Assembly: GCF_004010195.1 (NCBI RefSeq)
Contig: NC_057720.1
Coordinates: 1,635,704-1,674,164 of the forward strand
Direction of reading: 5' to 3'
Length of the DNA: 38,461 nt
Source of the DNA: Chiloscyllium plagiosum
Taxonomy: Eukaryota
Within the stretch, counting starts at the first letter, position 1; each line of letters starts with the position of its first letter. The position numbers and the translations under genes were made by a program. Positions 12,526 through 23,924 of this stretch are shown piece after piece. The notes under the pieces were generated by a model. That model had not been told where the DNA came from. It worked only from the letters and a program-made list of their open reading frames with translations, and made no database searches.

Positions 12526-12830
12526 GAACATCGAACATAGAACAGTACAGCAGAGGAACGGGCCCTTCGGCCCACAACATTGTGCCAAATGTGACACTAA
12601 ATTAAACTAATCCCTCCTGCCTCCCTTTTGTCTGTATCTCTCATTTTCTTGCACAGTCATGTGCTAATCTAAAAGTCATTTAAACACACCTATCATCTCT
12701 ATGTCCACTACCACCCCAGCACATTCCAGACTCTGAACACTCTCTATGTAAAAAACTTGGACCTCAGATTTACTTTGGACTTTTCTCCTCTCATCTTAAC
12801 TGCTTGCCCCTAGTATTAGACATTAACACT
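12526..12830 (-). mobile_element. CR1 3' end fragment
   Basis: GAACATAGAACAGTACAG..GGCCCTTCGGCCCAC tail. Confidence 0.7.
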
Positions 12831-12856
12831 GTATAGAAAACATAGCAACCAATTTA

Positions 12857-14900
12857 GAACATACAACATAGATCATGACAGCGCAGTATGAACCATTTGG
12901 CCCTTGATGTTGCACCGACCTATGGAACCAACCTGAAGCCCATCTAATCTAGACTATTCCATTTTCATCCAGATGTCTATCCAATGACCATTTAAATGCC
13001 CTTAAAGTTGGCGAGTCTATTACTGTTGCAGACAGGGTGTTCCATGCCCCTACTATTCTCTGAGTAAAGAAACTACCTCTGACATTTGTCCTATATCTTT
13101 CACCCCTCAAATTAAAGCTACGACCCCTCATGCTAGCCATCACCATCTGAGGAAAAAGGCTCTCCCTATCCACTCTATCAAACCCCCTGATGATTTTATA
13201 TGTCTCAATTAAGTCATCTCTCAACCTACATCCTTCTAACAAAAACAGCCTCAAGTCCCTCAGCCTTTCCTCGTAAGACCTTCCCTCCATACCAAGTAAC
13301 ATCCAAGTAAAGGATGGCTCGGTGGCTCAGTGGTTAGCACTGCTGCCTCACCAGGGTCCCAGGTTCAATTCCAGCCTCGGGCGACTGTCTGTGTGGAGTT
13401 TGCACATTCTCCCCGTGTCTGTGTGGGTTTCCTCCGGGTGCTCCGGTTTCCTCCCACATTCCAAAGATGTGCAGGCCAGGCGAATTGGCTATGCTAAATT
13501 GTCCATAGTTGTTAGGTGCATTAGTCGGTTACTCTTCGGGAGGGTCAGTGTGGACTTGTTGGGCTGAAAGGCCTGTTTCCACACTGTAGGGAATCTAGAT
13601 CAAAATTGCCTCTGAACCCTTTCCAAAGCTTCCACATCTTTCCTATAATGCGGTGACCAGAACTGTACGCAATACTCCAAGTGCGGCCGCACTAGAGTTT
13701 TGTACAGCTGCAGCATGACCTCATGGTTCTGAAACTCAATCTCTCAACCAAGAAAAGCTAACATACCGTATGCCTTCTTAACAATCCTATCAACCTGGGT
13801 GGCAACTTTCAGGGATCTATGTACATGGAGTCTGAGATCTCTCTGCTCATCTATACTACCAAGAATCTTACCATTAGCTCAGTGCTCTTTATTCCTGTTG
13901 CTCCTTCCAAAGTGAATCACCTCACACTTTTCCACATTAAACTCCATTTGCCAGCTGTCAGCCCAGCTGTGCAGCTTATCTATGTCCCTCAGCAAACTGC
14001 AACATCCTTCGGCACTATCCACAACTCCACCGATCTTAGTGTCATCTGCAAATTTATTAACCCATTCTTCTATGCTCTCATCCAGGTCATTTATAAAAAT
14101 AACAATCAGCAGTGGACCCAAAACAGATCCTTGCAGTACACCACTAGTAACTGAACTCCAGGATGAACATTTCCCATCAGTCACTATCTTCTGTCTTCTT
14201 TCAGCTAGCCAATTTCTGATCCAAACCGCTAAGTCACCCTCAATCCCATGCCTCTGTATTTTGTGCAATAGCCTATTGTGGGGAACCTTATCAAATTCCT
14301 TACTGAAATCCATGTGCACCACATCAACCACTTTACCTTCATCCAGCTGTTTAGTCACCTTCTCAAAGAGCTCAATAAGATTTGTAAGGCACAACCTACC
14401 CTTCACAAAACCGTGTTGACTATTCCTGATCAACGTATTCCTCTCTCGATGATTATAAATCCTATCACTTATAATCTTTTCTGACACTTTATCCACAACC
14501 GAAGTAAGGCTCACTGGTCTGTAATTACCAGGGTTGTCTCTACTCCCCTTCTTGAACAAGGGAACAACATTTGCTATCCTCCAGCCTTCTGGCACTGTTC
14601 CTGTAGACAATAATGACATAAAGATTAAAGTCAAAGGCTCTCCGATATCCTCCCTGGCTTCCCAGAGAATCCTAGGATAAATTCCATCCTGCCCAGGGAA
14701 CTTATCTATTTTCATACTTTTCAGAATTGCTAACACCGCCTCCTTGTGAACTTCAATCCCGTCTAGTTTAGTAGCCTGTATCTCAGTAAACTCCTCAACA
14801 ACGTTGTCTTTATCCAATGTGAATACTGACAAAAAGTATTCATTTAGCGCTTCTCCTATCTCATTGGACTCCACGCACAACCTCCCACTACTATCCTTGA
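12857..14900 (-). mobile_element. CR1 LINE with long RT ORF remnant, interrupted by a SINE
   Basis: 333-aa ORF 13879-14880 with NYRPVSLTS, QHGF, DFSKEFDKV, GVLQGSVLGP, FADD; C-terminal ORF 12949-13302. Confidence 0.95.
13312..13598 (+). mobile_element. HE1-like V-SINE
   Basis: A box TGGCTCAGTGG, B box GGTTCAATTCC, V-domain, CR1-like tail. Confidence 0.9.
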
Positions 14901-14954
14901 TTCACGTACAGCAAATTCTTGCAAATAAGAATAAATCAATGACAGACTATACAA

Positions 14955-15165
14955 ACAAGAACAAAAGGCCATTCAGCCCTTCTAGTCTGCTCTGCCATTC
15001 AATACGATCATGGCTGATCTGATTTTAATTTCAACTCTACATTCCTGCATACTCCCGATAATCCTTCATCCCTGATGGAATCAGGAATCTATCTACCTCT
15101 GCCATTTAAAGGTTTTGCATCCACTGTCTTTGGAGGAAGGAAATTCTAAAGATTCACAACCCACT
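14955..15165 (-). mobile_element. CR1 3' end remnant
   Basis: GGCCATTCAGCCC...CCATTCAATACGATCATGGCTGATC as at 22680. Confidence 0.65.
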
Positions 15166-15166
15166 G

Positions 15167-15590
15167 AATAGACTGGTGCTATTTTCCCTGGAGCATTGGA
15201 GGCTAAGGCGTGACCTTATAGAAGTTTATAAAATCATGTTGGGTATGGGTAGGGTGAATAGGCAAGGTCTTTTTCCCTGGGGTGAGTGAGTTTAAACCTA
15301 GAGGGCGTAGGTTTAGGGTGAGAGGGGAGAGATTTAAAAGGGATCCAAGGAGAAACTTTTTCACCCAAATGGTGGTGTGTGTATGGAATGGGCTGCCAGA
15401 GGAAGTGGTGGAGGCTGGTACAATTACAACATTTAAAAGGGGTCTGGATGGGTATATAAATAGGAAGGGTTTAGAGGCATATGGGCTAAATGTTGGCAAA
15501 TGGGACTAGATTGATTTAGAATATCTGGTCAGCATGGATGAGTTGGACCAAAGGGTCTGTTTCTCTATGACTGTATATCTCTATGACTGT
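15167..15590 (+). mobile_element. CR1 3' end
   Basis: ORF ...RRNFFTQMVVCVWNGLPEEVVEAGTITTFKRGLD; CTATGACT tail repeats. Confidence 0.9.
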
Positions 15591-15592
15591 AT

Positions 15593-17722
15593 CGATTGTG
15601 ATCAGGGACTGTCTAATCAGAGGCACAGAGAGACATTTCTGTGGCTGACAATGAGATATCAGAATGGTGTGGTCCCTCCCTGGTTCCAGGATTAAGGATA
15701 TCTCCGAGAGGGTGCAGAATATTCTCAAAGAGGAGAGGGATCAGCAAGAGGTCATTGTACACATTGGAACTAACGACATAGGAAGAGAAACGGACAAAGT
15801 TCTACGGAGGGAATATAGGACATTCGACAGGAATTTAAAAAGTAGGTCATTGAGGGTAGTAATATCTGGATTATTTCCAGTGCCACAATTTAATGAAAAT
15901 AAGAATTGGAGGATAGAGCAGATGAATGCATGCCTGGGGAGCTGGTGTTGGGGAGCAGGATTCACATTTTTGGATCTTTGGAATCTTTTCTGGGGTGGAT
16001 TGCACCTGAATTGGAAGGGGACTGAAGTACTGGAGGGGAGTGAATGAGTGACTGAGTGAGTGAGTGAGTGAGTGTGAACACCCACGAAGATAGTGAGAAA
16101 AGAGATCAGTCTGAGACTAGTGCAGTTGGGAAAAGAGCAAGTCAAACAGTCAGGACAGGTGGGAACAAAGCAAATAACAAAGTAGGACTGATCATTAAAC
16201 TGCATTTATTTCAATGCATGAGGCCTAACAGATAAGGCAGATGAACTCAGGGCATAGTTGGGAACATGGGACTGGGATATCATACCTAGGAGACAGTGAA
16301 GTCTGCAGATGGGAAATCATAGCAATTCCAGAGACATGGCTCAAGGATGATCAAGATTGGCAGCTTAATGGGTTCCAGGGTAGGGATGTTATAGGAAGGA
16401 TAGAAAGGGGGATAAAAAAGGAAGGGCAATGACAGTTTTGATTAGGGGAAACATTATTGCAGTATTCATGGAGGATATTCCTGGAAGTACATCCAGTAAA
16501 CCTATTTGGATAGAACTGAGAAATAAGGAAGGGGTGATCACCTTATTGGGATTGTACTATAGACCTCTCCAATAGACAGCAGGAAATTGAGAAGCAAATT
16601 TGTAAAGAGATCTCAGTTATCTGTAAGAATAATAGGGTGGTAATGGTAGGGAATTTTAACTTTCCAAATGTAGACGGATTGCTATAGTGTTAAGAACAAA
16701 GAGCAAAGAAAATTTACAGCCCAAGAACAGGCCCTTCAGCTCTCCAAGCCTGAGCCGATCCAATTGTACTGTGTAAACCAGTCGCCCAATTCCTAGGCAT
16801 CTGTATCCCTCTGCTCCCCACCTACTCATGCATCTATCCAGATGCATCTTAAATGAATCTACCGTGCCTGCCTCTACCACCTCTGCTGGCAATGCGCTCC
16901 AGGCGCCCACCACCCTCTGTGTGAAGTACTTGCCGCGTGTATCCCACTTAAACTTTCCACCTCTCACCTTGAAAGCATGACCTCTCATTATGGAATCACT
17001 GACCCTGGGAAAAAGCTTGTCTCTATCCAACTGTCTATACCCTTCATGGTTTTGTAAACCTCAATCAGGTCCCCCCTCAATCTCTTTTTTTCTAATGAAA
17101 ATAAACCTAACCTACTCAACCTCTCTTCATAGCTAGCACCTTCCATACCAGGCAACATCCTCGTAAACCTTCTCTGCACCCTCTCCAAAGCGTCCACATC
17201 CTTTTGGTAATGTGGCGACCAGAACTGTACACAGTATTCTAAATGCGGCTGAACCAACATCCTGTACAATTTTAACATGACTTGCCAGCTCTTATACTCA
17301 ACACTTCGTCCAATAAAGGCAAGCATACTATATGCCTTCTTGACCACTCTATCCACCTGTGCAGCAATCTTCAGGGTGCAATGGACCTGCACTCCCAGAT
17401 CTATCTGCCCATCAACTTTTCCCAAGGCTCTTCCGTTCATTGTATAATTCGCTCTAGAATTAGACTTGCCTAAATGCATCACCTCACATTTGTCTGGATT
17501 GAAATCCATCTGCCACTTTTCCGTCCAACTCACCAGTCTATCTATATCCTCCTGCATTCTTTGACAGTCCCTTATGCTTTCTGCTACTCCACCAATCTTT
17601 GTGGGGTTGAGGGCTCGATTGGAGAGGAATTCATTAAGTGTGTACAAGAAAACTTTCTGATTCAGAATATGGATGTATCAATTAAAGAAGGAGCAAAACC
17701 TGACCTTCTCTTGGGAAATGAG
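15593..17722 (+). mobile_element. CR1 5' portion: ORF1 SGNH/GDSL esterase and ORF2 APE endonuclease remnants, split by a younger CR1
   Basis: SLPGSRIKD...VIVHIGTNDIG...VVISGL...GLHLNWKG; IIAIPETWL; YYRP; resumes at ~17600 with EEFIKCVQENFL. Confidence 0.88.
16694..17598 (-). mobile_element. Younger CR1 3' fragment
   Basis: ORF ...TKIGG...WQMDFNPDKCEVMHLG...[12 protein letters not shown]...; 3' UTR. Confidence 0.92.
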
Positions 17723-17860
17723 GCAACACCTGAGTTCTGAAAATTGTTTATCCTCTGTTACTAACTCATCCACAAGTCGAAGTCTATTTTATTACTGCAG
17801 AAGTTTTAAAAGTGCTTATTCAATGATCCCTGTCCCAATTATTAAAAATAACTGAAATAA

Positions 17861-18192
17861 GGGTGGCATGGTGGCTCAGTAGTTAGCACTGCTGCCTCAT
17901 AGCACCACGGACCAAGGTTTCATTCCGCCCTCAGGCATGTGTCTGTGTGGAGTTTGCACATTCTTCCTGTGTCTGTGTGGGTTTTCTCCAGGTGCTCCAG
18001 TTTCCTCCCACAGTCCAAAAATGTGCAGGTTTAGTGGATTGGCCAGGCTAAATTGCCCATAGAGTGCAGGCTAAGTGGATTAGGGAATGCAGGGTTACAG
18101 AGATGGGATGGGGGTGTGTGGGTTGCTCTTTGGAGGGTCAGTGCAGATTGATGGTCTGAATAGCCAGTATCCACACTGTAGGGATTCTATGA
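17861..18192 (+). mobile_element. HE1-like V-SINE
   Basis: tRNA-like head, V-domain, CACTGTAGGGATTCTATGA tail. Confidence 0.88.
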
Positions 18193-18884
18193 TTTCTCAT
18201 CATTTGCATTTTACTTCAGAGTCTGTACAAGTATCAAGACTGTCCAAGCAGGCGCAGGAATTTGTTTTTTTATTTAAATCATGCAAATCTCTTCAGCAAA
18301 TCAGGGCAGGTCAGTTGTAATGCAATGAGTCAGACTCCTACCTCGTTTGGTAGTATCGCAAGCAGAACAGGGCTGAATCAACTCTGTACAGAACTCAATG
18401 ACAAATCAAAGAGATGCAAACAAAAAATACACAGCAATAATTGTGATGTTTCTAATAGAAGAGAAGATTGAATGTGACACAAGATCCTGACACAGGAAGT
18501 CAGTGGAAAATATGCAGGATGTGAAAATTGCATGCAACAATTTCTTTTCATACACAAAATATATTTTTGCACAAACCCAAGTAGGGACATTACTGTGCAA
18601 CAGATTGTATTATCGTACTCTCCTTTCCAGAAGCACCTGACAAATTAGGTAAATGTAATTTATCATATTTACAGTTTAAATTCCATGCAGTGACTGTCTT
18701 GTGATATTGCATGTCCTGTGATATTTCTACAACCATCAAAGCAAAGCATCAGATAACACTTGAAAACAGGAAATTACTGCCAAAATCTTTCTGAAAACTC
18801 ACGAGGTTTGTACATTGATGTTAGTTCTTAGCCTGAGTGTTCAAAAAAGGCAATGGGCAGAAATCTTAACTTTTTGGTATAACA

Positions 18885-19120
18885 CCAACAATAATCTGCA
18901 TTTATGTCGTGCTTTTGATCTAGTATATCATCCCAAGGTGTTTCACTGCAGTGTTATCTGAGCATAATTTGACATTGAACCACGTAAGACATTAAGACAG
19001 GTGTCCAAAAGTTTGATTAAGAGTTCAGTTACAAGGAGAGTAATAAAGGAGGAGAGAGGTGAAGAAGGTGAGAGTTTTACGGAGGGAATTCCACAGCTTA
19101 GAACCAAAGCAGCTGAAAGC
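18885..19120 (-). mobile_element. Old L2-type 3' end remnant
   Basis: CAACAATAATCTGCATTTAT...CCCAAGGTGTTTCAC...GGGAATTCCACAGCTTAG pattern. Confidence 0.5.
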
Positions 19121-19139
19121 GAGTAAAAGTATTCAAAGA

Positions 19140-20286
19140 TTTATTTTTCTTTATTCATTCATGGGACATGGGCATCACTTGCTAGCCAGCGTTCATTGCT
19201 CATTCCTAGATGCCCTTGAGAAGATGGTGGTGAGCTGCCTTCTTGAACTGCTGCAGTCCATGTGCTGCAGGTGGACCTGCAATGACATTAAGAAGTAGTT
19301 TCCAGGATTTTGACTGAGTAACATGGACAGAACTGTGATATATTTCCAAGTCAGGATGTTGAGTGGCTTATAGAACCATAGAATCCATACAGCATGGAAG
19401 CAGGCTATTCAGCCCATCGATTTCAAGCTGAAAGTAGTGGAAGGGGTGTCAATCAAGCAGGTTTTTTTTTCTTGGTTGGTGTCGGCATTTGAGTATTGTT
19501 AGAGCTGCATGCATCCAAACAAGTGGGGAGTATTCTGTCAGACTCCTGACTTGTGCCTTGTAAAACATTCTTTGGGGAGTTGGGGTGTGTTACTGGCTGC
19601 AGTGTTTCTAGCCTCTGACCTGCGCTGGTAGCTACAGTATTCATATGACTAGTCCAGTTCAATTTCTAGTCAAGGGTAACCCCAGATGTTGAATGTGGGA
19701 GATTAAGTGATGGTTATGCATTGACTGTCAAAGGGCAATAGTTAGATTGTATCTTATTGGAGATGGGAGATGCATCAGGGGTGGCACGGTGGCACAGTGG
19801 TTAGCACTGCTGCCTCACAGCGCCAGAGACCCGGGTTCAATTCCCGCCTCAGGCGACTGACTGTGTGGAGTTTGCACATTCTCCCTGTGTCTGCGTGGGT
19901 TTCCTCCGGATGCTCCGGTTTCCTCCCACAGTCCAAAGATGTGCAGGTCAGGTGAATTGGCCTTGCTAAATTGCCCGTAATGTTAGGTGAAGGGGTAAGT
20001 GTATGGGTGGGTTGCGCTTCGGCGGGTCGGTGTGGACTTGTTGGGCCGAAGGGCCTGTTTCCACACTGTAGGTAATCTAATCTAAATGGTCATTATCCAG
20101 CATTTTTGTGGTGTGAATGTTGCTTAATACTTTTCAGCTCAAGCCTCAATATTGCCCAGATCCGGCTGCATTTGAAAATGGTCTGCATTAATATCTGAGG
20201 AGTTGAGAATGATGTTGAATATTGTGCAATAATTCATGAAGAACCCCAATTCTGACTTTAATTTGGAAGGAATATCATTGATGAAG
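19140..20286 (-). mobile_element. CR1/L2-group LINE (second family), interrupted by SINE
   Basis: Colinear with 11373-12415; ORF NWTSHMNTVATSAGQRL. Confidence 0.8.
19778..20084 (+). mobile_element. HE1-like V-SINE, young CpG-rich full-length copy
   Basis: GGTGGCACGGTGGCACAGTGG head, GGTTCAATTCC B box, TAATCTAATCTA tail. Confidence 0.93.
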
Positions 20287-20474
20287 GATTTACAAGAGAC
20301 CAGCATTGAAGGAGTGGAGTAATCTCAGAGTGTTGCAAGGCCATGGGGAGAAACAGATAGGGTGAATCCATCATGGATGCCCACATCCCATGAGTGAATT
20401 AAAACATAAAGAATTTACTTTAAAAATGAAGTAACTCAAAAATGACGGTCGTAATTTTGAAAGTTGAGAAGTTT

Positions 20475-20788
20475 GGGGTGACCCGGTGGCTCAGTGGTTA
20501 GCACTGCTGCCTCACAGCAGCAAGGACCTGGGTTCAATTCCACCCCCTCAGGTGACAATCTGTGTGCACATTCTCCCCGTGTCTGCATGGGTTTCCTCCG
20601 GTTTCCTCCCGCAGTCCAAAGATGTACAGGTTAGGTGGATTGGTCATGTTAAGTTATTCATAGTGTCCGTAGATAATTAGCCTTGGGAAATGCAGGATGG
20701 GGGTGGGTCTGGGTGGGATGCTCTTCGGAGGGCCTGTGTGGACATGATGGGCCAAATGACTTGCTCACACACTGTCGGGGTTCTGTGA
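20475..20788 (+). mobile_element. HE1-like V-SINE
   Basis: Same head, V-domain and tail with small deletions. Confidence 0.87.
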
Positions 20789-21130
20789 AGTTGCACCAGG
20801 ATGAAGGGTATACCAAACTTTGTACAATACAACAAATGTAATAATCGTATTTTTAATTTAGTTTTGTGAATAAGTCGATCAATGTTAGCATTTGGAAGTT
20901 GAACCTCTTAAAGGCTCTTATCGAGCTCAAATGAGGCGGATTTGGTCTAGAACACCCCCCCTCTCCTCTGCACTGAATACCCTAATTATAATGTTAACAA
21001 TATCCTCTACTACCCCGGTGCAACATTCTTCTCTTTCCCAAAACCAAGCACTCAGTGTCCTTCCTGAGTGAGGATGTGAAACTGTGCTGATCTAGAGTTA
21101 TTCTGAGCTCTTTTTTTTAAGTCTCTGTTT

Positions 21131-21470
21131 CTTATTTATTCACAGGATGATTGTGTTGCTGGCTAGGCCAGCATTTATTGCCCATCCCTAATTGCCCAGG
21201 GGACAGTTAAGAGTCAACCACATTGCTATGGGTTTTGGGGTCACATGTAGGTCAGACCCACAGCAATGCGGCGGTTTCTTTCCCGAACGGATATTAGTGA
21301 ACCAGATGTGTTTTTCCCAACAATCGACAATGGATTTGTGGTCATCATTAGACTCCTAATTCCAGATATTTATTGAATTCAAATTCCACCATCTTCCTTG
21401 AGTGGATTTGAATTTGGGTCCCCAGATTGACAGTCTCTGGATTAACAGTCCAGTAATAATACCACTACAC
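21131..21470 (-). mobile_element. Second tRNA-derived SINE family sharing its 3' tail with the second LINE family
   Basis: Tail GCTGGCTAGGCCAGCATTTATTGCCCATCC matches LINE end at ~11405; degenerate tRNA-like head at ~21400-21470. Confidence 0.65.
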
Positions 21471-21629
21471 CCTTTGATACTATTTAAACATAGCACATTG
21501 GACCACTGTGAAAATAAAATAGAAAAATTTGCATTTCTACAATGCCTTTCAAAAACCCAAATGTCTCAATACTTCACATGCACTGAATTGCTTTTGAAAT
21601 ACACTTGAAGAGCAGCAATCATTCCCAAT

Positions 21630-21872
21630 GATGGGAGGAGGAATTTCTTCTATCAGAGGGGAGTGAATTTGGAATTCTTTACCACGGAGGGCTATAGAGA
21701 CTAGGCCATTTGGGATATTTAAGGCTGAGATAGACGGTTTTTAAAAAAAATCAGAAACTAAATCAAAGGTTTTGGAGAAAAGGCAGGAAAATGGAGTTAG
21801 TTGTTATCAGGTCATGATCTCACTGAATGGCAGAGCAGATTTAATGGGCTGAATGGGCTACTTATGCTCCCT
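21630..21872 (+). mobile_element. CR1 3' end remnant
   Basis: AGGAATTTCTTCTATCAGAGGG...TTTAAGGCTGAGATAGA...GGGCTGAATGG. Confidence 0.7.
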
Positions 21873-21879
21873 TTTTGTG

Positions 21880-22620
21880 GATTGAGGAGCCCAGTATGTT
21901 GCTGGCAAAACTGAAGCATTTGCAACCATCACTGCCTCCTCCTGAGTTTCCCAGAATCAAAAATACCCATCTTAAACCAATTCCATTTACTCTTTATGAT
22001 ATAAAAAAATGGTGGAACGTATTAAATTCAACAAAGGTCTTGAGTCTGACAACAACAAACTGCATTTTAGCGAGTGTGGCAAGCTCCTGCAAAATGCTGT
22101 CAATAGGAATCAGGAATAAACACTTCACTGGTTATTGCAGGTCAGTCATCTCAGTCCAAGGATATCTCTACAGGACTTCCTCATCGTAGTGTCCTCAACC
22201 CAGCCAACCTCAGCTGCTTCATCAAGGATCATTCCTCTATAGTAAGGTCAGAGGTTAGAATGTTCACTGATGATTGTACAATATTCAGCACCATTTGCAA
22301 CTCCTCAGATACTGAAGCAATCCATATCCAAATGCAATACAAACTGGACAACATTCAGATTTGCATCCACAAGTAACATTCATGACACACAAGTATCGGG
22401 CAATGACCAGTTCCAACCACAGAGAATCAACTATTTCCCTTTACCACCACTCAAACCCACAAATCAGGACCAACCACATGAACAGTACGCTTTAAAGAGC
22501 AAGTCAGAAACTTGGATTCTGCAGCTACTTCACCTCCTGACTCTACAAAACATATTCACTAAAGTCCATTTACAAGGCACCAGTTAAGAATGTGATGGAA
22601 TTCTCTCCACCTACCTGATG
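21880..22620 (+). mobile_element. CR1/L2-group LINE (second family), deleted internal RT fragment
   Basis: GAGGTTAGAATGTTCACTGATGATTGTACAATATTCAGCACC (MF-DDCTIFST); reverse-homologous to ~12100-12330. Confidence 0.7.
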
Positions 22621-22652
22621 GCGACCAGAACATTTTAAGCCTGTTATAGAAA

Positions 22653-23921
22653 ATAGACAATAGACAATAGGTGCAGGAGTAGGCCATTCAGCCCTTCGGG
22701 CCTGCACCGCCATTCAATGTAATCATGGCTGATCATTCCTAATCAGTATCCTCTTCCTGCCTTATCTCCATAACCCTTGATTCCACTATCTTTGAGAGCT
22801 CTATCCAACTCTTTCTTAAATGAATCCAGAGACTGGGCCTCCACTGCCCTCTGGGGCAGAGCATTCCACACAGCCACCACTCTCTGGGTGAAGAAGTTCT
22901 CCTCATCTCCGTCCTAAATAGTCTACCCCGTATTTTTAAGCTGTGTCCTCTAGTTCGNNNNNNNNNNNNNNNNNNNNNNNNNNNNNNNNNNNNNNNNNNN
23001 NNNNNNNNNNNNNNNNNNNNNNNNNNNNNNNNNNNNNNNNNNNNNNNNNNNNNNNNNNNNNNNNNNNNNNNNNNNNNNNNNNNNNNNNNNNNNNNNNNNN
23101 NNNNNNNNNNNNNNNNNNNNNNNNNNNNNNGATCCAAGCCCACCTAGCCTACACTAGCCCACTATCCTCCATATGCCTATCCAATGCCCGTTTAAATGCC
23201 CATAATGAGGGAGAGTCCACCACTGCTACTGGCAGGGCATTCCATGAACTCACGACTCGCTGGGTAAAGAACCTACCCCTAACATCTGTCCTATACCTAC
23301 CATCCCTTAATTTAAAGCTATGCCCCCTTGTAATACCCGACTCCATACGCGGGAAAAGGTTCACACTGTCAATCCTATCTAACCCCCTAATCATCTTGTA
23401 CACCTCAGTCAAGTCACCCCTAAACCTTCTTTTCTCTAATGAAAACAGCCCCAAGTGTCTCAGTCTTTCCTCATACGATCTTCCTTCCATACCAGGCAAC
23501 ATCCTGGTAAACCTCCTCTGCACCCGTTCCAGTGCCTCCACATCCTTCCTATAGTATGGCGATCAAAACTGCACACAATACTCCAGATGCGGCCGCACCA
23601 GAGTCTTATACAACTGCAACATGACCTCAGGACTCCGGAACTCAATTCCTCTACCAATAAAAGCCAGTACGCCATATGCCTTCTTCACCGCACTATTTAC
23701 CGCACTTCTATACTCAATTCCTCTTGTTATGAAGGCCAGCATGCTATTAGCCTTCTTCACGACCTGCTGTACCTGCATGCTTGCCTTCATTGACTGGTGT
23801 ACAAGGACACCCAAATCTCTCTGTACTGCCCCTTTACCTAAATTGATTCCATTGAGGTAGTAATCTGCCTTCCTGTTCTTGCCACCAAAGTGGATAACCA
23901 TACATTTATCCACATTAAACT
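22653..23921 (-). mobile_element. Two CR1 subfamilies joined across a gap (22653-22957 and ~23705-23921 flank 23131-~23704)
   Basis: ORF 23563-23913 repeats the KKA..MLAFI.RGIE.RS segment twice; ORF 23149-23541 is an intact C-terminus. Confidence 0.85.
22958..23130. other. Assembly gap (173 N)
   Basis: Run of N. Confidence 1.
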
Positions 23922-23924
23922 GAG

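Noticed and set aside
13879..14880. 333-aa reverse transcriptase ORF as a novel or domesticated RT gene
   Set aside because: Ordinary 5'-truncated CR1 ORF2 with degenerate motifs, a stop and a SINE insertion downstream
19778..19850. tRNA gene-like A and B boxes
   Set aside because: Head of a multi-copy HE1-like SINE that continues into V-domain and LINE tail
23563..23913. ORF with internally duplicated domain
   Set aside because: In-frame junction of two CR1 subfamilies next to an assembly gap
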